Program-made: the position numbers and the translations under genes
Notes under the pieces: generated by a model
The model's database searches: none
What the model was told of the DNA's origin: nothing
What the model saw: only the letters and a program-made list of their open reading frames with translations
Virus record (IMG/VR): IMGVR_UViG_3300045999_011354
Span: 1,340 to 65,339 of that record
Reading direction: 5' to 3' (one strand)
From: a virus
Taxonomy: Duplodnaviria; Caudoviricetes
Length of the DNA stretch: 64,000 bases
Shown here: piece after piece, positions 57,883 through 64,000 of the stretch
Position numbering within the stretch: position 1 is the first letter of the stretch
Layout of the letters: each line of letters opens with the position of its first letter

Positions 57883-59280
57883 ATGCCCGCGAAAGCGCGT
57901 AGTAGTCGTTATGCAGATCGAGCTGCGCTGCAGTCGCTTGGGCTGTTTGAAGACACTTCAAAGCTGCGTGCAATTGCACGACGTGGCAACAATACATTCG
58001 ATCACTCCGCCTGTGAGATCAAGATAATCTCCGACCTGCTTCCGCATCAAAAAGATTTCGTCACAGACTTTGATCATCGCATGGTGGCGTTATGCGGGGG
58101 ATTTGGTAGCGGCAAAAGCTTTGCAGCAGTAACGAAATCAATACTTTTATGCTTTCGCAGTCCAGGTTTTACGCATCTATTCCTTGAGCCCACAATCCCA
58201 CTTTTACGCGACGTCGCAATTCCTGCATGGCAAAGTGTACTTGATAGATATGGGATTCCGCATGAGTTTCGCACGAGTCCACTACCCGTCTTCACGTTAA
58301 AACTGTCAAGGGGCGACACCCCTATTCTTTTGCGTTCATTTGAAAATTACAACAGAATTATTGGTGTCAATGCCGCAAGTATGGTTGTTGACGAAATTGA
58401 TACAGTTTCGACACACACAGCAGAGGCGGCAATTGTAAAACTTCAAGGGCGCGTTCGCGTAGGGAAATGCCCTCAACTTGGCTTTGCATCTACGCCCGAG
58501 GGTCACAAAGCTCTCTACAACATGTTCGTGCGAGAAGCATCAGATGAAAAAGCGCTATATAAAGCAAAAACAGCAGACAACCCATATCTTGATCCAGGCT
58601 TTATTGAAAACCTGAGAGCTACTTATCCCGCCAATCTGATTGAAGCTTATTTGAACGGCGAATTTGTTAATCTCGCACAAGCAACTGTCTTTCACGAGTT
58701 TGATCGTCAAAAGCACTGCACAAGTGTATTTTATCCAGAAGCAAACGAACTTATTGTTTTCGGCGCCGACTTCAACGTGGGCAAGAGTCAATCTTGCTAC
58801 GCCGTTGTTCGCCCATCGCCCACGGGGCAGGCGGTTCATATCTTTGATGAGCACACCTGCCGCACAACATTTGATTTGATCGAGCACGTCAAACGCAAAT
58901 TCCCCAGGCAGCTTGCAAATGGCATGGTGACTTGCTACCCGGACGCCAGCGGCAGTCATGCCAGCACAAGCGCAACGGAAAGTGATCACGACATTCTTCG
59001 GGGCGCCGGCATCAAAGTTGTTGCAGAACGCCGCAACCCACCAGTCGCAGAAACGATCTCACACGCAAACATGTATATCCATTCTGGAAATGTTCTTGTT
59101 AATCCGACAACATGTCCAGAAACGCTACAAAGTCTTGAAAATTGGGGCTACGATGAAAATTACCGTCCTCAAAAAGGCGGTAAACACGATCTTTCTCACG
59201 CTGGTGACGCCTTGCGCTATTTGGTTTGGCAAACAATGCCACGTGCAACAGCTCACTTCTCTCGCCCGCGTTGGCGTTGA
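57883..59280 (+). CDS. terL: Terminase large subunit
   Basis: Walker A GGFGSGKS, Walker B VVDEID, STPEG, nuclease motifs GADFNVG and HAGDALRY. Confidence 0.95.
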   Translation: MPAKARSSRYADRAALQSLGLFEDTSKLRAIARRGNNTFDHSACEIKIISDLLPHQKDFVTDFDHRMVALCGGFGSGKSFAAVTKSILLCFRSPGFTHLFLEPTIPLLRDVAIPAWQSVLDRYGIPHEFRTSPLPVFTLKLSRGDTPILLRSFENYNRIIGVNAASMVVDEIDTVSTHTAEAAIVKLQGRVRVGKCPQLGFASTPEGHKALYNMFVREASDEKALYKAKTADNPYLDPGFIENLRATYPANLIEAYLNGEFVNLAQATVFHEFDRQKHCTSVFYPEANELIVFGADFNVGKSQSCYAVVRPSPTGQAVHIFDEHTCRTTFDLIEHVKRKFPRQLANGMVTCYPDASGSHASTSATESDHDILRGAGIKVVAERRNPPVAETISHANMYIHSGNVLVNPTTCPETLQSLENWGYDENYRPQKGGKHDLSHAGDALRYLVWQTMPRATAHFSRPRWR

Positions 59281-59321
59281 GCTTTTAAGAGCTACACTGC
59301 ATGAAAAGACTCTAAAGAGCG

Positions 59322-61049
59322 GTGACGATCATTCCCAACTCGCTGGTCCCAACAGCCGATAACTTGATCGCCGAGCCTTTTGAGCGGCGTTTTCCTGAAT
59401 ATGAGGAAGCATTTGAAGAAGTATCCGGCGTAGATGCGTACTCGATTGAGCAAGCAGAACAGTTTTCGCGTCTTGCCCCTATTCGTTTTTGCACGCTTCC
59501 TGAGTTCTATCTCTTTGAGGCATCTGATGAGTATCTACCTCAGGATTACCTAGAAGAGCAAAAGAGCTATGAAGTGCGCAAAACACGCGCACAGAGCAGC
59601 TTTCAGAACTATTACTCACACCTGAGAGACCTTGTTGTTGGTACGGCGCTTCGCAAGGGTGTGTCTATCCCTGAAGTCGTGCCCTCAGAGTGGAGCAATT
59701 TCTTTGATGACGTTGATCTTGAGGGGCATTCGCTCGCATCTTTTACAAAAGAAATCTTTACAGATGCCCTTGACGGGGGCGTTTCTGCAATTTGGGTTGA
59801 ATATCCAAAGCTGCCCGAGGGGTTGAGCGCCGCTGAGGAGCGTCGTATCAACCCACGCCCGTATTTCGTGCTGATGCGCATGGATCAGGTGCTTGAGTGT
59901 CGCTATGACGTGTTCAATGCACAGATCGGGGCGCAGAATATTTTTGGGGCATTTCCTACTTACTTGCGCGTTAAGACTGAAGTGCGTCGTCAAAGCGAAG
60001 AAAACGAGTTTTTTGAAGAAGTTATCCCTGCAGTGCGCGTTTATGACATCGTAAATCTTGCAAATAACGATGTTTCAGAGCTTTCCGATGAAATTGAGCC
60101 CGCTGTTGACAGTCAGCGCGTGCGTTGCCGTCTTTATACAAAGCGCAATACTCCGGGAACCATAGATAAATATGTTCTTGAGGAAACCACTTATCTTTCA
60201 ATTCCCTTCATTCCATTCGTCCCTGTGCTTGGAGGCAAAAAAGAGGCATTTTTCCGCGCCCGCCCACTTCTTTTTGACATCGCACGTCTTAATTTGCATC
60301 ATTGGAGTGTGTCTGCTGATCTTGCAGAAACAATTCACTTGACTTCCTCGCCGATCCTTACAGGCACAGGCGTGCGTCCTGATGATGAAATTAAAGCTGG
60401 TGCTGGTCGTGCCTTGTTTTCACAAAATCCCGATGCGAAATTTAGTTTGATGAGCGCCTCGATGGAGGGCGCATCGGTGACGCTTGAGAACCTGCGTCGC
60501 GTTGAGAGCGCCATGGAGCGCCTTGCCGCCGTCGCCATGACTACCAGCAAGACCCAGGCCGAATCGGGCTTTGCGAAGCTGCTGGACCGCTCTCAGAGCG
60601 ATTCTCAGCTCGCCGTGCTTGTCCAGGGGCTTGAAGATGCACTGAATCGTGCACTGCTTTATGCGTCCGCCTATCGTTCAATTCCTGAAGTGCGCGTGAC
60701 AATTAGCAAAAACTTTATTCCCGTCAAACTGCACTCTCAGCAGGTGATGGCGTTGAGTTCTTTGTTTAAAGATAGCAACGCAATCACGATTGAAATGTTC
60801 TTGCGTATGCTTGAGGCGGGCGAAATGTTTGAAGGGCTGCCTGATTTTAGTGTTAAGAATCTGTTGAGCGACATGAAACTTGATGGAACTGAGACTGCTC
60901 AGCAGCTTGGCGTAGGCACAGGCGGCAGGCAGATTGCAAATCGTGGGCAGATCCCTGTGGATAACACGACGAGCATGAGCGAAGGCCGTGACCTTGAATC
61001 CATTGAGGCTTCTCTTGAGATGAACGAAGCCAATAGTGCTACTATTTAG
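59322..61049 (+). CDS. Portal protein (DUF4055-like)
   Basis: Follows terL; YLPQ..E....YE.R, DVDLEG, IPFVP, PLLFDIARLNLHHW. Confidence 0.85.
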   Translation: MTIIPNSLVPTADNLIAEPFERRFPEYEEAFEEVSGVDAYSIEQAEQFSRLAPIRFCTLPEFYLFEASDEYLPQDYLEEQKSYEVRKTRAQSSFQNYYSHLRDLVVGTALRKGVSIPEVVPSEWSNFFDDVDLEGHSLASFTKEIFTDALDGGVSAIWVEYPKLPEGLSAAEERRINPRPYFVLMRMDQVLECRYDVFNAQIGAQNIFGAFPTYLRVKTEVRRQSEENEFFEEVIPAVRVYDIVNLANNDVSELSDEIEPAVDSQRVRCRLYTKRNTPGTIDKYVLEETTYLSIPFIPFVPVLGGKKEAFFRARPLLFDIARLNLHHWSVSADLAETIHLTSSPILTGTGVRPDDEIKAGAGRALFSQNPDAKFSLMSASMEGASVTLENLRRVESAMERLAAVAMTTSKTQAESGFAKLLDRSQSDSQLAVLVQGLEDALNRALLYASAYRSIPEVRVTISKNFIPVKLHSQQVMALSSLFKDSNAITIEMFLRMLEAGEMFEGLPDFSVKNLLSDMKLDGTETAQQLGVGTGGRQIANRGQIPVDNTTSMSEGRDLESIEASLEMNEANSATI

Positions 61050-61070
61050 TGAGTCAACCGACGACTTTAC

Positions 61071-61913
61071 GTGACCGAGCACACCCCAGAAACTCTTGAA
61101 GACGCTCTTGCGTTGATTCAGGCGCTTCAGAAGAAGGCTGGCGAACTGGAAAACGAAAGCACAAAGCTTAAGGCAACAAAAGAAGGGCTGCTGAAAGATC
61201 TAAAGAAAAAGAAAACGATTGACAGCTTTTTGAAAGTTGCCGGTATTGAGTTGAGCGACGACCTTGATGAAGAAGCGATTGCGGATCGCATTGCAGGGTT
61301 GGCCAAAAAGACCGATAGCGGCGCTCAGGACGGGCAGCAGCAGTCTCAGGGCAAGCCTCAGGGGCAGACACCTTCTGACGCAATGGACGAAGCCCTGAAG
61401 GCTCAGTTCGCCTCTCTTCGCAAAGAGCTAACTGATCTTCGCAAGGTGAATGAATCACTTGAGCAAGAGCGTAATCAAGAGCGTGAGAAGCGCCGCGAAA
61501 ATAAGCTTGAGCGCTTTGTGACCGATGAGCTTGCAAAAGTTGAATGCCGTCGCCCGTCGCATCTTTACAAGCTCCTGAAAGAAAAGTTTCGTCTTTTAGA
61601 CGACGAGAATACCGTTGTATATGGATCCGAGGAGGATCCAACATCTCTTCGTGACGCCGTTTCTCGTCTTCGTGAAGACGAAGAATTTGCTGTTTACTTT
61701 GCAGGTAGCGGCGCAACCGGGTCGGGCATGACGACAAATCGCTCTGCCACGCCTTCTTATTCAAACAATCCTTTCAGCAAGGATTCTTCGAACGCAACTA
61801 AAGCAGCAGAGATTCTGCAGAAAGACCCTGATAAAGCAAAACGCTTGATCTCGGAAGCGCGTCTTGCCGGTAAGCTTGATCCTGTGTTGGGACGCGCTCT
61901 TCAGGGCATGTAA
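61071..61913 (+). CDS. Capsid scaffolding protein
   Basis: Coiled coil; C-terminal GSGATGSG...NPF; follows the portal. Confidence 0.7.
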   Translation: MTEHTPETLEDALALIQALQKKAGELENESTKLKATKEGLLKDLKKKKTIDSFLKVAGIELSDDLDEEAIADRIAGLAKKTDSGAQDGQQQSQGKPQGQTPSDAMDEALKAQFASLRKELTDLRKVNESLEQERNQEREKRRENKLERFVTDELAKVECRRPSHLYKLLKEKFRLLDDENTVVYGSEEDPTSLRDAVSRLREDEEFAVYFAGSGATGSGMTTNRSATPSYSNNPFSKDSSNATKAAEILQKDPDKAKRLISEARLAGKLDPVLGRALQGM

Positions 61914-61933
61914 CCTGCGGGTGGTTGACGAAT

Positions 61934-61960
61934 AGAGGCCCCTTCGGGGGTCTTTTTTAT
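61934..61960 (+). terminator. Intrinsic terminator
   Basis: GAGGCCCC-TTCG-GGGGTCTT-TTTT. Confidence 0.8.
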
Positions 61961-61993
61961 TGCTATAGTGTGGAGTGCGCCCCGGACTTAATT

Positions 61994-62671
61994 GTGGCAA
62001 AAATTCCCTCCAATCCAACTAGGCAGGTCGTTTTCAAAGGGGTTAAGTATGATTTTTGGTATGGTGGAATGATGCCTGAGGTTGAGAAGAAATACGGTAT
62101 CTTGAGTCCAATTATGCCAATTGGTCATTATGAATACGGTAAGAGTAAGCGGTTTTTCTTTTTATGGCAATGCGATTGTGGAAAAATTAAAAGCTATCCA
62201 GTAAAAGAAGTTCTTTGTGGAAAGGCCAAATCCTGTGGATGCCTTTCGTATAATCTCAACCCATCTGGCTGGACGAAATCCAGAAATCCACCAATGAGTA
62301 GCTGGAAAACGCTTTACAATAGATATAAGCAAAGCGCGACCCATAGAGAGCTTGATTTCAGTATATCATTGGAATTTTTTATTTCCACTGCTTCTTGCAG
62401 TTGCTCTTTTTGCGGTGATGGTTTAAGGGTTTTCAACAAGTGGAGCGAACCATCTGCCAGAGCAAAGGCTAAGCACATTACAACTGAAGAAATGAAAAAG
62501 TACGAAATACTCGCATCTGGCATTGATCGAATTGATAGCTCAGTTGGATACACTGAAAAAAACTGCCAGCCATGCTGCAAAAACTGCAACAGGGCCAAGA
62601 TGGATCTTTCTGAACAAGAGTTTTTGTGCTTAGTGAAAAAAATATACCTGAAAAGAATTAAGGACTCCTAG
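61994..62671 (+). CDS. HNH endonuclease
   Basis: WQCDCG...KSCGC; GIDRIDSSVGYTEKNCQPCCKNCNRAK. Confidence 0.85.
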   Translation: MAKIPSNPTRQVVFKGVKYDFWYGGMMPEVEKKYGILSPIMPIGHYEYGKSKRFFFLWQCDCGKIKSYPVKEVLCGKAKSCGCLSYNLNPSGWTKSRNPPMSSWKTLYNRYKQSATHRELDFSISLEFFISTASCSCSFCGDGLRVFNKWSEPSARAKAKHITTEEMKKYEILASGIDRIDSSVGYTEKNCQPCCKNCNRAKMDLSEQEFLCLVKKIYLKRIKDS

Positions 62672-62715
62672 CGGGACGACGCACACGCTAGCATATGCTC
62701 AAAGCTTTTACTGAA

Positions 62716-63012
62716 ATGGCAAAATCTCAAAAAGAAAAAGAAAGCGACGCGCTTAAAAGATATGGTTTTTCTTCTTTTAATAAGCCAAAAAGAACACCCA
62801 ATCATCCCACTAAGTCGCACGCTGTTCTTGCAAAAAGTGGCGACGAGGTTAAATTAATTCGCTTTGGGCAGCAGGGCGTTTCGGGCGCAGGAAGCAAGCC
62901 CAAAACAGAAAAAGAAAAAGCTCGTCAACGCTCTTTCAAGGCAAGACATGCAGAAAATATTGCTAAAGGAAAAATGAGTGCGGCCTATTGGGCGGATAAA
63001 GTTAAATGGTAG
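62716..63012 (+). CDS. Conserved basic phage protein
   Basis: NKPKRTPNHPTKSHAVLAK.G..VKLIRFGQQG...SAAYWADKVKW. Confidence 0.75.
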   Translation: MAKSQKEKESDALKRYGFSSFNKPKRTPNHPTKSHAVLAKSGDEVKLIRFGQQGVSGAGSKPKTEKEKARQRSFKARHAENIAKGKMSAAYWADKVKW

Positions 63013-63021
63013 ACAAGGAAT

Positions 63022-63213
63022 TTACTCCCGATTCTTAATCCAATCCTTGAGTTCGGTTACATACGCACGCATTTCTCTTGCTTTTTGCAAATGCCACTCA
63101 TCGCAGGTTTGAAAATATAAGCGATTGTGTGTGTCAACAGCCTTTAGCAGGTGATGAATAATTGGATTCCAAGGCTCGCGCACGGGCGAATCCCATGTGC
63201 GTCTTTCTGACAC
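63022..63213 (-). CDS. Hypothetical protein
   Basis: WDSPVREPWNPIIH...LKDWI. Confidence 0.6.
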   Translation of the reverse strand: MSERRTWDSPVREPWNPIIHHLLKAVDTHNRLYFQTCDEWHLQKAREMRAYVTELKDWIKNRE

Positions 63214-63289
63214 TGTTTTGTTGCGGCTTGCAAAAGGCTAGTCGTGGGCAGGGTTATTAGCATGTGTCAGAGCGCTCACCTCATTTGTC

Positions 63290-63580
63290 ATGCCTTTCAA
63301 GACTGATCGCAACGTCATTGGCCGCCAGATCACCACTGCGGTCGAAGAAGTCATCACCTCCCTTCGCATCTCCTACGACGCTGGCATGGCCAGTGGCAGT
63401 ATTTACGTGATTCCCGCTGCTTTCACCCGTACCAATCTGGTGGAGCTGTTTGCTGGTCTGCCCACCGTGACCGGCACTCAGACCCTGGACATCAGCGGTA
63501 CCACTGGCAACGCAACCGTGACTTCTGGCGAGAAGGCTGTTGCCACTGGCAAGGGCTGGACTCTTGACACCACTCCCTGA
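63290..63580 (+). CDS. Small structural protein (possible decoration protein)
   Basis: C-ending codon bias suggestive of high expression; has its own terminator. Confidence 0.55.
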   Translation: MPFKTDRNVIGRQITTAVEEVITSLRISYDAGMASGSIYVIPAAFTRTNLVELFAGLPTVTGTQTLDISGTTGNATVTSGEKAVATGKGWTLDTTP

Positions 63581-63602
63581 TCTCACGTTGACTTCATGCT
63601 TC

Positions 63603-63626
63603 GCCTCACTTCGGTGGGGCTTTTTT
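63603..63626 (+). terminator. Intrinsic terminator
   Basis: GCCTCAC-TTCG-GTGGGGC-TTTTT. Confidence 0.8.
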
Positions 63627-63645
63627 ATTAACTTGCATTTTGATC

Positions 63646-63840
63646 ATGAAAAAACCAAGTGAGCAGCAAGCCAAATTTGGCAAAGTAATGCGTGAATTTT
63701 ATGCTGGCACACTCAAGTCGTCTTCCGGCGCAAAAGTAACAAGTCGCGCTCAGGCCATGGCGATTGCCGCTAGCCAAAGTGGTATGCCACCTATCAAAGA
63801 CAAGAGAAAGCGCAAGCCTGCCGCCAAGAAGAAGCGCTAG
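63646..63840 (+). CDS. Small basic phage protein
   Basis: KFGKVMREFYAGTLKSSSG.KVTSRAQAMAIA. Confidence 0.7.
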   Translation: MKKPSEQQAKFGKVMREFYAGTLKSSSGAKVTSRAQAMAIAASQSGMPPIKDKRKRKPAAKKKR

Positions 63841-63985
63841 TATTTCAGTGTTAGAGGCCGTGCCTCGTGAAGTCGAGCGTGATGCTCGCACAGTGCGGTT
63901 GTACCGACACAAGCTTTTTCAAATTGCCTGACAGCAGTGCTGTGGGCGCTTCGTCCATTTTCTTCTCTTCTTTGAGGCAAAGACA

Positions 63986-64000
63986 ATGCTTCTCGCTGGT
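63986..64000 (+). CDS. Start of the probable major capsid protein (truncated)
   Basis: GAGG Shine-Dalgarno then ATG (MLLAG) after a structured leader; expected position of the capsid gene, but only 5 codons are visible. Confidence 0.4.

Overview
A 64 kb segment of a tailed dsDNA phage, probably a siphovirus-like cyanophage. The host call is inferred from an RpoD-type sigma factor, a cyanobacterial AbrB-like regulator, ThyX and a cyanobacterial-style boxA. Layout: tail and tail-fibre genes and lysis genes (+, 1-21.7 kb); sigma factor, nucleotide metabolism, recombination and replication genes (-, 21.7-40.4 kb); an AT-rich early region of small ORFs (+, 40.4-53.3 kb); putative terS, a RepL-like gene, an AT-rich repeat tract and a GC-rich island (53.5-56.8 kb); then terL, portal and scaffold up to the probable start of the major capsid gene. 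Three non-coding systems stand out. (1) Nine copies of a promoter cassette punctuate the early region, most with a hairpin at the predicted +1, and several supply the stop codon of the gene upstream. (2) A quasi-palindromic TAG-N9-CTA motif marks both tail-fibre module junctions and accessory-gene boundaries, resembling a recombination-site system. (3) A covarying bulged-C leader hairpin followed by TGACCA precedes three accessory or mobile genes. All protein calls come from motif recognition by eye; no searches were run.
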